Positions 48,161-58,068 of a DNA stretch of 64,000 nucleotides are shown here, piece by piece (the first letter of the stretch is position 1; each line of letters opens with the position of its first letter). The notes below the pieces were generated by a model, which worked only from the letters and a program-made list of their open reading frames with translations, did not search any database and was not told the origin of the DNA. This DNA is from TPA_inf: Saccharomyces (lineage: Eukaryota): contig BK006941.2 of assembly GCA_000146045.2 (NCBI GenBank), positions 352,001 to 416,000 of the forward strand, read 5' to 3'. The translations under genes and the position numbers were made by a program.

Positions 48161-48870
48161 GTATCACATTACAATAACAAAACTGCAACTACCATAAAAA
48201 AAAATTGAAAAATCATAAATTAAAAAAAAAAAAATCAATTGAATTTTTTTTTTTCATGATTACGTTTTGACATTTTTCCTTTTTTTTTCTCTTATTACGA
48301 TTTACCTTTTTTATTTATTTTTTTCATTTTAGTATTTTATTCTTCGTTATTTATGTATAGAAATTTTCATTTTCATTTAGATTCAGATTTGGTTATCTTT
48401 TTTCATTATATATCTTTTGCACTAAGTTTCAACTTAAGTTCTATTTTTTATTTTTTTTTTCTGGGCCCTGGAGCAATAGATATGGGATGGCTTACTGCAT
48501 CTCTTCAAAATTTCACAGTCATGCTCACCCTTAAGTTCTCAACCTTTTAGTTTTTTTTTTTTTTTTTTTTTATTTTGTATGGCATACTAACTATACAAAT
48601 ATTTATATGTACATTTATACAGTAACCTATTATTTACCGATATTCACCGGTATTTTACTTTAATAGATGCTGGTAATAACGAAAAAAATTGATAACTCCC
48701 ACCGACAATTGAGAAAAAAAGCAAAAAAGGAAAAAAGGGAAGCACGAATTAATACATTCTGTGTATTTATCTTTTTTATCTTCAGTTTTCCTCCAATCTA
48801 TGGGCGGCCATTAAGTATGTCTATTATTCTTGGCCCTTCAGTCTTCTTTGGATTTCAATGTCTTGTTGGA

Positions 48871-49287
48871 TTAGAAGTCATCACCACTTTCAGCAATCAA
48901 AGCCATGATCATTCTGTACAAGTAGAAGAAGAACATCAATAAGTGGAAACCTAACTTTAGGAAACTCTCCCTTTTATGTTTGCCTAAAGTTCTGAATATT
49001 TCGGTAGCATCCAAAAGTTGAACTTTATTGTAGATCTTGTTTAGATTGTAAGCTAGAACTGGTAAGTTCAATAAAAATACAAACCAGTAACCGTTCAGTA
49101 AGAATAGTAATGACAAAGCACCATGCAAGGCGGCTTCAGGGGTAATTAACTTGTTAACTTTAGAACATAATTCAATTGGATTGATATAGTCAGCTTCTAA
49201 ATCAGCGTATAGTATTGTGAAATGCACTTGGCCAAACAAATTGATACAGTTGACAACAACAGCAAGGATAAATAACCAAGCACCCAT
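48871..49287 (-). CDS. ERV14: Cornichon-family COPII cargo receptor, 138 aa.
   Basis: 138-aa [44 protein letters not shown]... with three TM segments. This is an exact match to Erv14 as I remember it. Confidence 0.95.
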
Positions 49288-49526
49288 TTTTCTTTTTATT
49301 CTTAATTTTTTTACTTTACTTTAATTGCAGTTCAAAGGTAAATGTCTTTGTTAAGTAGGCAGTGAGACATAATAATATGAGAAAAATCCAGGTCTCTCCT
49401 TCGTATTAAGGAATACATGATCTAGCTATCACTCTTAAATCTTTCTCCTTCCTTGTTTTTTCTCCGAAATGAAGAAAAAAAATTTTCTTCACGGAACTAA
49501 CGTGAAAAAAAACTTTCAAAAAAATA

Positions 49527-49598
49527 CTCCGATACGGGGAGTCGAACCCCGGTCTCCACGGTGAAAGCGTGATGTGATAGCCGTTACACTATATCGGA
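49527..49598 (-). tRNA. tRNA-Glu (anticodon UUC), 72 nt.
   Basis: The reverse complement reads TCCGATATAGTGTAACGGCTATCACATCACGCTTTCACCGTGGAGACCGGGGTTCGACTCCCCGTATCGGAG. A and B boxes are present, and a T7 terminator lies downstream on the minus strand. Confidence 0.95.
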
Positions 49599-49615
49599 AA
49601 CAAATTAACTGAAAA

Positions 49616-49891
49616 TGTTGTATCTCAAAATGAGATATGTCAGTATGACAATACGTCATCCTAAACGTTCATACAACACATATGAAACAACCTTATATCA
49701 AAACGAACAACATGAGATAAAACCCGGCCTTCCCTAGCTGAACTACCCAAAAGTATAAATGCCTGAACAATTAGTTTAGATCCGAGATTCCGCGCTTCCA
49801 CCACTTAGTATGATTCATATTTTATATAATATATAAGATAAGTAACATTCCGTGAATTAATCTGATAAACTGTTTTGACAACTGGTTACTT
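49616..49891 (+). mobile_element. Sigma element (Ty3 solo LTR), 3'-truncated. Its TGTTGTATCTCAAAATGAGATATG start is 17 bp upstream of the tRNA-Glu 5' end.
   Basis: The sigma terminal sequence is seen, and the spacing from the tRNA is the classical 16-19 bp. The 3' boundary is approximate. Confidence 0.85.
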
Positions 49892-49896
49892 ACCAT

Positions 49897-49957
49897 ATAT
49901 ATTATTGAGAAATGGGTGGATTTTGAGATAAATGTGAGAAATGGGTGAATGTTGAGA
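49897..49957. mobile_element. Two short rearranged delta-end fragments (TGAGAAATGGGTGGATTTTGAGATA / TGAGAAATGGGTGAATGTTGAGAT) between the sigma and the delta.
   Basis: These match the reverse complement of the delta 3' terminus. Confidence 0.55.
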
Positions 49958-50290
49958 TTGTTGGAATAAAAATCCACTATCGTCTATCAACTAATAGTTA
50001 TATTATCAATATATTATCATATACGGTGTTAAGATGATGACATAAGTTATGAGAAGCTGTCATCGATGTTAGAGGAAGCTGAAGTGCAAGGATTGATAAT
50101 GTAATAGGATAATGAAACATATAAAACGGAATGAGGAATAATCGTGATATTAGTATGTAGAAATATAGATTCCATTTTGAGGATTCCTATATCCTCGAGG
50201 AGAACTTCTAGTATATTAGGTATACCTAATATTATAGCCTTTATCAACAATGGAATCCCAACAATTATCTCAAAATTCCCCCAATTCTCA
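49958..50290 (+). mobile_element. Delta element (Ty1/Ty2 solo LTR), 333 bp, TGTTGGAATA...TCTCA.
   Basis: TGTTGG at the 5' end and a delta-like body (GGAAGCTGAAGTGCAAGGATTGATAATGTAATAGGAT..., ...CCTATATCCTCGAGGAGAACTTCTAGTATAT...) are present. Confidence 0.85.
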
Positions 50291-50588
50291 ACATCCGACT
50301 GCCATGCAATGTGCTTTTCTGGATCTCACTCATGATCATAATGGCCCTGTAAAAGGCTCGTACTGTTATTATCATATCTTCAATTACGTATTATTTCGGA
50401 GGCTGTACCTATTAGTGAAATAACGCCTCTAAAAATGAAAAGAAGAAAAAGAATATGAAAGGGGTTCTGAATTGCTAAAATATTTCGTCAAAGCTCAATT
50501 AGTATCAAGATCAAGTCGTAATTCGAATCAGCATAACAACCTCCAAAACCATATAATAACCTTACACAAGACAAGATATCAATTCAAC

Positions 50589-51302
50589 ATGCAAACCCCT
50601 TCAGAAAATACCAACGCCAAGTCGGATTCTCTCGACGAACCCGGTGCATATTTAATCGAGGAAAATGTGGCTCTTCCTAAGGACATATTCCATTCGTACT
50701 TGAGTTATTGGATATATGAAGCAGCTCACTGTACACCGGTCATGCTTTTGTCTCTAGTAATTGGGGTTTTAATCTCAATAATTATTCTTTTTCATGATAA
50801 CGAAAATTGCGTTGGGGTTTCTGTAGGGTTTCTCCTCATATTCTCTGGCATTTTAGTGATAGTTCTAATACTCAGGTTTGGACCACAGATCAGTGATGAA
50901 GATTTCAAATGTAAGCTACTGATGGAAATTATCACACGGAAACCTACGGTAAAGGGGAAAGAATGGAGGACAATTACATACAAGATGAACCAGTATTTAT
51001 TTGATAACGATTTATGGAACACTCCCTACTACTTTTACCGTGATGAAGATTGCCACCGTTATTTTCTAAGTCTTATTAAGGGAAGAACTTTCAAGAAGCA
51101 AAAGGAATCGTCAGCCAGCAATGTTAAAGACGCACAATCAAATGACGAAACCGCTGGCACACCAAACGAAGCCGCTGAGTCTTCTAGTTTTAGTGCCGGA
51201 CCGAACTTTATAAAGCTCCTCACCAAGGCAGCCGAAATCGAACAACAATTTCAAAAGGAATATTGGCGACAAGAGTATCCTGGTGTCGATGAGTTTTTTT
51301 AG
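50589..51302 (+). CDS. PRM8: DUP240-family membrane protein (pheromone-regulated), 237 aa.
   Basis: The ATG at 50589 gives MQTPSENTNAKSD..., 237 aa. It has two TM segments and the DUP240 signature LSYWIYE. Confidence 0.88.
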   Translation: MQTPSENTNAKSDSLDEPGAYLIEENVALPKDIFHSYLSYWIYEAAHCTPVMLLSLVIGVLISIIILFHDNENCVGVSVGFLLIFSGILVIVLILRFGPQISDEDFKCKLLMEIITRKPTVKGKEWRTITYKMNQYLFDNDLWNTPYYFYRDEDCHRYFLSLIKGRTFKKQKESSASNVKDAQSNDETAGTPNEAAESSSFSAGPNFIKLLTKAAEIEQQFQKEYWRQEYPGVDEFF

Positions 51303-51686
51303 ACAGAAGACGGGAGACACTAGCACACAACTTGACAAAGGATCTACTTCTCGATTGACGACACTAGTAGGTGTCAAATTTAGTGTCATTTATGATTTTT
51401 TGTAATAGGATATAAATATATACGGCGCTCCAAATAATGCAGTTGCCCCAAAAACACCACGGAACCTCATCTGTTCTCGTACTTTGTTGTGACAAAGTAG
51501 CTCACTGCCTTATTACCACATTTTCATTATACATCACTTCGCAAAATGCAATATTGAAAATGCCTCTAGAGATGAAAAACAATCGTGAAAAGGGTCCTGC
51601 GTTATTAAAACATTTGATCAGTATGCAATGGCACAGAGACAATCAGGAATACTATAGTCATAGACGATACAAGGTATATATTGGTC

Positions 51687-52391
51687 ATGCAGACCCCTCT
51701 AGAAAGTACCGACGTCAAGTTAGATACACTCAACGAACCTAGTGCACATTTAATTGAGAAAAATGTGGCTCTTCCTAAGGACATATTCCGTTCGTACTTG
51801 AGTTATTGGATCTATGAAATCGCTCGCTATACACCAGTCATGATTTTGTCCCTGGTAATAGGGGTTTTGGTTTTATTAATTATATTTTTTAATGACAACG
51901 AAGCTTGTGTTTTCAATTCTGCATACTACGCTTATCTTTCTCTTGTAGTATTGTTAATAATATTAGGTGATGGTAATCCAAAGCTAGTCAGTCGTCGAAA
52001 TTTTAGGACCGAGCTTTTAGTGGATGTCATCACACGTAAACCGGCAGTAGAAGGGAAAGAATGGAGGATCATCACATACAACATGAACCAATATTTGTTT
52101 AATCATGGGCAATGGCATACTCCGTATTACTTTTACAGCGATGAGGATTGCTACCGTTATTTTCTACGCCTTGTTGAGGGAGTAACCCCCAAGAAGCAAA
52201 CAGCCACGTCAATTGGCAATTCTCCGGTCACCGCTAAGCCTGAAGATGCCATCGAGTCAGCTTCTCCTAGTTCCAGACTGAATTATCGAAACTTTTTGCT
52301 CAAGGCAGCGGAGATCGAACGACAAGCTCAGGAAAATTACTGGCGAAGGCGGCATCCCAATATCGATGCGCTTCTTAAAAAGACGGAATAG
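51687..52391 (+). CDS. MST27: DUP240-family membrane protein, tandem paralogue of PRM8, 234 aa.
   Basis: The track ORF starts at a TTG at 51681. The first ATG at 51687 gives MQTPLESTDVKLDTLNEP..., 234 aa, collinear with Prm8. Confidence 0.88.
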   Translation: MQTPLESTDVKLDTLNEPSAHLIEKNVALPKDIFRSYLSYWIYEIARYTPVMILSLVIGVLVLLIIFFNDNEACVFNSAYYAYLSLVVLLIILGDGNPKLVSRRNFRTELLVDVITRKPAVEGKEWRIITYNMNQYLFNHGQWHTPYYFYSDEDCYRYFLRLVEGVTPKKQTATSIGNSPVTAKPEDAIESASPSSRLNYRNFLLKAAEIERQAQENYWRRRHPNIDALLKKTE

Positions 52392-52495
52392 CTTAGAGAC
52401 ACTGCCATACGTAAAGCGAACATAAACTAGAGTATGATATATAATCAGCACTAACTGGCCCGAAAACGGCCGAAGAAGCCTCGAAAAGTCGATTC

Positions 52496-52797
52496 GTGTT
52501 GGACCCATTTGCTGAACGAAGTGTTCATTGCCTACCTATTATGGTAGTAGTCGTGATAATCGTGTGGTTGGTTTTGTCAACGGTGCATTTGCATTTTCAT
52601 GACAATAAGCCTTGCGTTTTCGTTCTCGGGATATTACTTTCCCCCCACTTCTTTCGCCTCGATAGCTCCTATAAGCATTCTCAGGGCGTATGTCGGTGAT
52701 CGAGATTTCCAAGCAAGCTTTTAGTGGAAATCATCGCGCGCAAGCCAGCGGTAAAGGGAAAAGAACGGAGGACGATTACATACAAGATGAACGAATA
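52496..52797 (+). pseudogene. Decayed third DUP240 copy. It survives as two frame-shifted fragments, one homologous to the TM region and one to the RKPAVKGKEWRTITYKMN segment of PRM8/MST27.
   Basis: Fragment 1 (52496-52699) encodes HCLPIMVVVVIIVWLVLSTVHLHFHDNKPCVFVLGILLS, compared with Prm8 HCTPVMLLSLVIGVLISIIILFHDNENCVGVSVGFLLIFSGIL. Fragment 2 (about 52717-52797) encodes LLVEIIARKPAVKGKERRTITYKMNE*. Stops and frameshifts separate them. Confidence 0.6.
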
Positions 52798-53004
52798 AAT
52801 AAATTAATAATAAATAATAATAGAAAGTACAGTAGCATTAAATATTATTAAGTTTAATGATTAAAAATTGGTTAATTGTCAAGAAAATCTAAGGTATTAA
52901 TAAATAAATAATACTATGACAACTTGCAGCGAAACGATCAGCCCCAATGAAAATTAATCAGAATTGAATTTGAGCGTATCTATTTGATAACGGTTTACGT
53001 AACT

Positions 53005-53207
53005 GTTGGAATAAAAATCAACTATCATCTACTAACTAGTGTTTACGTTACTAGTATATAATCATATACGGTGTTAGAAGATGACGGCAAATGATGAGAA
53101 ATAGTCATCGTTTTCAATGGAAGCTGAAATACAAGGATTGATAATTGTTGGAATAAAAATCAACTATCATCTACTAACTAGTATTTACGTTACTAATATA
53201 TTATCAT
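53005..53207 (+). mobile_element. Two truncated delta (Ty1/Ty2 LTR) 5' fragments in tandem (53005-53145 and 53146-53207), both starting TGTTGGAATAAAAATCAACTATCATCTACTAACTAG.
   Basis: Delta 5'-end sequence is seen twice in direct orientation. Confidence 0.75.
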
Positions 53208-53453
53208 CAAAATTCACCCACTCTTCAGTTACTTATCTTATATATTATATAAAATATGAATCATACTAAGTGGTGGAAGCGCGGAATCTCGGATCTAAAC
53301 TAATTGTTCAGGCATTTATACTTTTGGGTAGTTCAGCTAGGGAAGGCCGGGTTTTATCTCATGTTGTTCGTTTTGTTATAAGGTTGTTTCATATGTGTTT
53401 TATGAACGGTTGAAGTATTGTCATACTGACGCTTCTGATTTTGAGATTCAACA
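53208..53453 (-). mobile_element. Sigma element (Ty3 solo LTR), truncated, inverted relative to the 49.6-kb copy. Its terminus lies 16 bp upstream of tRNA-Arg.
   Basis: It is the reverse complement of the left sigma core (…GGTGGAAGCGCGGAATCTCGGATCTAAACTAATTGTTCAGGCATTTATACTTTTGGGTAGTTCAGCTAGGGAAGGCCGGGTTTTATCTCATG…). Confidence 0.8.
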
Positions 53454-53469
53454 CTTCCAACAAACAGTA

Positions 53470-53541
53470 GCTCGCGTGGCGTAATGGCAACGCGTCTGAC
53501 TTCTAATCAGAAGATTATGGGTTCGACCCCCATCGTGAGTG
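53470..53541 (+). tRNA. tRNA-Arg (anticodon UCU), 72 nt.
   Basis: GCTCGCGTGGCGTAATGGCAACGCGTCTGACTTCTAATCAGAAGATTATGGGTTCGACCCCCATCGTGAGTG, followed by a T7 terminator. Confidence 0.95.
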
Positions 53542-53775
53542 CTTTTTTTGAATAAGCTTGAAATTGGTAAGACATGCCAGCGTACCATAGTATTTCGCTT
53601 TACTGAGGTAACGACAGCAGATATCAAAAATTCATTTTTTCTTACCCAGAACAGAGCTCTTCTTCCACTAACGCTTTTAGTTAGGAATGTATACATTAAC
53701 AGTCTATTTTTTTTTGAAACCTTTCTTCACTGAGATACAACAGATAGATACCAACCAGTAAGATTTAAGTAACTC

Positions 53776-54597
53776 ATGGCTGCGCAGAATGCCTTTGAAC
53801 AAAAAAAGAGGGCAATTTTGAATGAGATAGACTCAACCCAACCAGATTTGTCACCAAAAGGCACTATAGATGAACTATGCCTTCCAATAATTGATCTTAT
53901 CAACGCAAGCGCTGATATGGTGACAACTTCATCGTGTTCCGGTAGAGTCAGTGTATTCTTGGAAGGTACTAAGTCATATAACGGGGAGGTCAAGATAGGT
54001 GGTAAGGGACAAGGCGGTAAATGGCTTTACGTCACTCATGATCGTGAGAAAGTTATTGGCTGGTTAGATGAGTTGAAATCAAAAAGTGAGTTTTCTTTTG
54101 AACTATCTGGCAAGGAGATACCAACAGAGAAAGTAACGGGGAGTATCAGATATATACTTTATAAGTATGAGCCTTTCATATTGCACGTTAAATGCAGAGA
54201 CTTTCAAGCAGCATCCAAGTTATACAACACAGCCATGTCTTGTGGTTTCAGAGAAAGTGGGATTGGTTCGAACAATCTGGTCGCAATCAGAATAAATATC
54301 AAGCTGGACGTACCGCTCGGTTATTTAGATGAGACTTCAGGCACTTTGAAATTTTTTGTAACTCCAGAATACGTAAGCGTTCTGGATTCTTTATCGTTAA
54401 GCAAATTCGATGAGAATACCAGGAAAATGCAAGCACTATATGATAGAATTGAAAAAGAACTCATAAATTGTGCGCCGGATGTAAATTCTAAGGTCAATAT
54501 AACGCCAATCGAAACAAAGGAAGAGAGGAGAGAACGAAAGAAAAGAGAAGGTATGGAGAGACAACGTCAACTTAAGAGCCCACAAAATGTGCTATAA
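53776..54597 (+). CDS. TYW3: tRNA wybutosine synthesis methyltransferase, 273 aa.
   Basis: 273-aa ORF MAAQNAFEQKKRAILNEIDSTQPDLSPKGTIDELCLPIIDLINA...TTSSCSGRV (a TYW3-family motif). Confidence 0.9.
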   Translation: MAAQNAFEQKKRAILNEIDSTQPDLSPKGTIDELCLPIIDLINASADMVTTSSCSGRVSVFLEGTKSYNGEVKIGGKGQGGKWLYVTHDREKVIGWLDELKSKSEFSFELSGKEIPTEKVTGSIRYILYKYEPFILHVKCRDFQAASKLYNTAMSCGFRESGIGSNNLVAIRINIKLDVPLGYLDETSGTLKFFVTPEYVSVLDSLSLSKFDENTRKMQALYDRIEKELINCAPDVNSKVNITPIETKEERRERKKREGMERQRQLKSPQNVL

Positions 54598-54859
54598 GAA
54601 AAGGGGACATACCAAGAATTACTCAGCCTTTATTTTTCTTTCTTGTGGCTCTTGCGTTCATTTTTCGTTGTTATATAATCTTGTTAATCTTTGACGGGAT
54701 AAAAGCGTTATTATTTTGTAATATACACATTAAAACTTATTTTTTTTCTTAAATTTATCTGTATATGATGAAAGATCAGGTCTAGTTAATGCACAAAAAG
54801 GTTTAACACATGAATTAAAAAGGAAAAAGACTAGCTTATCGTTTCTAAAAGAAAATCTT

Positions 54860-57604
54860 TTAATCACTGTCCCCATCGTTATTCATTAATGCGTCGAACA
54901 TATTAGCTCTTGGAGCTTGAGAAACTTCTTCGACTTTACGAGCATTTCTTTGGTTATTTCTGAAAGAACCTGTTTTCGTGGAAGCAAAACTATCTCTTTG
55001 GGTGTTTTGCATGTTCCTTCTGTTAGAAGAATATCTGTTGCTGTTCGATTGGTTGTGATTGTTGAATCTAGAATTTGATCTCTGACTGTTCTTTTTCTGA
55101 CGTAATTGTTCTTCTTCTTGGTGGATTTGTTGAATTGTCTTTGGTCCGGCGTCTTTCTTAGCGCTGTTCCAATGCTTAATTTCCCTCAATTCCTTCACGT
55201 CTATCAACTTGAACTTTATTCTGTTCGATATGGTGCCACCGTCAATGATATGTTGTAACAACATAAATAGATTGTCGAGTAGTACCGAACCTTCAAGAGT
55301 TGCCTGAGGCGTAACAAATTTATCATGTTCAAATTGTTCACCCACAGTATTCAGTAATTCAATAACGGACTCTAATGTCTCCTCGGATGGATCGTTGTTT
55401 AGATCTTTCATTAATCTCCGGAAGCACTCAAACATCATCTTACCAGTTAATAAGTTCAAACAATATAAGTACCCTATGAAACGTACTAAACCTAACCCTC
55501 TTCTCTTGGCGGCAGCCGCAATATAATACTCATCGGACATCATTTCAGGTTCTAGTGGATTACCATCTTCTCCTGCAGGCAACTTATCAGCCCAACCTTT
55601 CTCAAATTCTTCGTGACATCTTGCCACTAAATAATGCAACACAAGCTTTGGTCCATTCTTTCCTTCGTTCTCTTTATCTTTAATGTTTGGGTCAAGGTCT
55701 TTGACCACTTTGCCACATAACTGAGCATACATTGAAGACCAATGAGGTTCATCACAAGCCTTGTGGAAAATTTGTTCAATAACTATTTTCAATGTTTCGC
55801 CATCATCTTCCCACTTTGATTGGTTTGCTATATCCAAAATCTCAGAGGAGATTGAATCAAACATTTCTAAAGTTAACTTGTTTAATAGAGACTTCATTTT
55901 TCGTTCTACTTCTTCCTTGTCAAATAATTCAGTTTTGCCGTCAGGAGCTAACTTCTTTTCTGTTTTTTTAACCCTTGATTTAGGTATCCATCTATTAGCA
56001 CTCGGAACCAACGGGGCGATTTCTTCCTTTGGAGCTTGCTCTTCTGCCTTTTCTGCAGCTTTTTCGCGATCTTTTCTGGAGGTATATCCTCTATTAGATC
56101 TTCTGTCGTCACCCATTCTCTTTGATCTTCTTTTCGATGAAACTCTTGAACTGGAAGTATGGTCCATACCGCGCATAGATGGACTTCTGAAATCGCCTCC
56201 AAATCTGCCACTATCTTTTGGTTTATTTCTGGCTATATGAGGAGGTATAACAATTTTCGAGGATACAGCTTCAACCCACGCAGGATCAGGCCTGAATTTT
56301 AGTTTATCTTTGAATTGCAGTAAGAAGGTAGGGCCATAAGTGTACTTAACGCTTGGTTTCTTGTATTTGATATCAGGCCTTTCAACATTTTCCGGATAGG
56401 CAAACTCATATATGTCAGAAATTGGTTGAGCCTTACCTAAAGTTTCAAGTAGTTGAGATACAGTTGGCATCTCAATATCGGAAGTGGAAGGTTCTGTCTC
56501 CTTCACTGTGTTCTCCTCTGTGGTGATTACGGAATTTATTGTTTCGTCGTCACTTTTATTTACAGTTTTTCCACCAGTCGTATCCGAAATTTCAGTAGTA
56601 TCATCATCTTTAACAAGCTCATCAACATCCTGAGAACTGCTCTCATTCTCGGGTTCGTTAAAAGTCACGGATTTAGTTACACTTCCAGTTACATGTTGTG
56701 GAGTTTTGACACTTGCCCCTGATTTTCCATCAATCACAACTTCATTAGCTTCTCCCGTTGGTTTCGGCGCTTCCTTAATAGGTTCAGATTCAATAACCGA
56801 GTTGGGCTTAGTTGTATCAGTATTATCATGATTTGAAGTTTCTTGCTTCTTCTCAGTTTCGGAGATTAAACCGTTTTTCTTTCTTTCCATGGCAGCTTTG
56901 CGCAATCTCACCTGCTCTAAAAATAATCTCTTAGTATTTTCCGCTTCAGAGGTAGATTTTTCATTAGATGTTTCGGTTAACGTATCTTTAACTGCTTCAT
57001 TAGCAGGTAGTACAGGAGTTGCCTCCTTTTCAAAAGGGGTTCCTGATTTAGATTTCTGCTCTACCCCATCATTCTTCTCTTCACCTTTCGAAGCTTTCTT
57101 TTCTTCGTGGAATTTTTTCAAATTTAAACGTTCACCAGTTTTCGTAGTGATTTCTATTTTTGTAGTTTTAGGTGTAGAGGGAGGTTCGGGATTAGTGTTG
57201 AGTGGTTGGTGTGTATATGGTGGAGAAGCAACTGGAACCATTTGTTGGGGTATATAATACATCTGAGGAGCATAGTAGTTAGCTGGCCATTGCATACCTG
57301 GCAACATTGCCGGGTTATAGTCGTTGTTATTCAGTCTGTAGCCATTATTGAATCTGTTATTGTAGTACTGTGCATTTCCTTGACTATTATTACGATTATT
57401 GTATTTATTTGTCCCGTATTTGCCATTTTTCGACTGGTATTGCTTGTTATTGTGAGGTTCCCTTGCACTGTAAAGATTTTCATTGTAGTGGTTATTTGGC
57501 TGACTATTATTGGCTCCAGAGTATTGGTTATCATGAGGAGGAAATTTCTTGTAGCCATTGGCTTGCTGCGGGTGTGGGGGCGGTGGACCTCTTTGGTCAG
57601 TCAT
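54860..57604 (-). CDS. TIF4632: Translation initiation factor eIF4G isoform 2, 914 aa.
   Basis: 914-aa ORF with an N/Q/Y-rich N-terminus, the eIF4E-binding motif KYTYGPTFLLQF, and a MIF4G HEAT domain. Confidence 0.93.
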   Translation of the reverse strand: MTDQRGPPPPHPQQANGYKKFPPHDNQYSGANNSQPNNHYNENLYSAREPHNNKQYQSKNGKYGTNKYNNRNNSQGNAQYYNNRFNNGYRLNNNDYNPAMLPGMQWPANYYAPQMYYIPQQMVPVASPPYTHQPLNTNPEPPSTPKTTKIEITTKTGERLNLKKFHEEKKASKGEEKNDGVEQKSKSGTPFEKEATPVLPANEAVKDTLTETSNEKSTSEAENTKRLFLEQVRLRKAAMERKKNGLISETEKKQETSNHDNTDTTKPNSVIESEPIKEAPKPTGEANEVVIDGKSGASVKTPQHVTGSVTKSVTFNEPENESSSQDVDELVKDDDTTEISDTTGGKTVNKSDDETINSVITTEENTVKETEPSTSDIEMPTVSQLLETLGKAQPISDIYEFAYPENVERPDIKYKKPSVKYTYGPTFLLQFKDKLKFRPDPAWVEAVSSKIVIPPHIARNKPKDSGRFGGDFRSPSMRGMDHTSSSRVSSKRRSKRMGDDRRSNRGYTSRKDREKAAEKAEEQAPKEEIAPLVPSANRWIPKSRVKKTEKKLAPDGKTELFDKEEVERKMKSLLNKLTLEMFDSISSEILDIANQSKWEDDGETLKIVIEQIFHKACDEPHWSSMYAQLCGKVVKDLDPNIKDKENEGKNGPKLVLHYLVARCHEEFEKGWADKLPAGEDGNPLEPEMMSDEYYIAAAAKRRGLGLVRFIGYLYCLNLLTGKMMFECFRRLMKDLNNDPSEETLESVIELLNTVGEQFEHDKFVTPQATLEGSVLLDNLFMLLQHIIDGGTISNRIKFKLIDVKELREIKHWNSAKKDAGPKTIQQIHQEEEQLRQKKNSQRSNSRFNNHNQSNSNRYSSNRRNMQNTQRDSFASTKTGSFRNNQRNARKVEEVSQAPRANMFDALMNNDGDSD

Positions 57605-58068
57605 AGTGCCTACAATTGATCTATTGTTCTTTGTAATAAATTCTTTCTTTCAGGAACAGTAAAAACAGCCTAAAAATATGAAGTCGCCGTAGTAAACGTT
57701 ATCTTCTAGTTACTATCAACACAGACGCCTTTTTAAATTCGAGGGTCAAGGCTGCTAGGCTGAGTGGTCGTTTGCTGTGTTTACCTCTAATCAAAAACTT
57801 ATTATCTTTTTTTTTTCAGTCCTTTTTGCAAAGCAGGTACCTACTATTTTTCAAAATACACTAAAGGAACGGGCCCCCCGGCTTACTATTAATAAGGTCA
57901 GGACGGGGAAAAAGCAGCAATGCTCTGCCCCTCTGTTCTCGAAAAGACAAACGGTTGTTATATCCTGTATATCCAGCGGTATAATTTTGCCTCTTAGTTA
58001 ATGCTAAACTATGATATTATACACATACACTAAGTAACATATACAATGAGCCAAGTGAAACGAATACA

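Noticed and set aside
48161-48660. Calling an ARS in the OLE1/ERV14 AT-rich spacer.
   Set aside because: I found only 10/11 ACS matches by eye. I cannot run a PWM scan, so I left this as a low-interest finding and not a feature.
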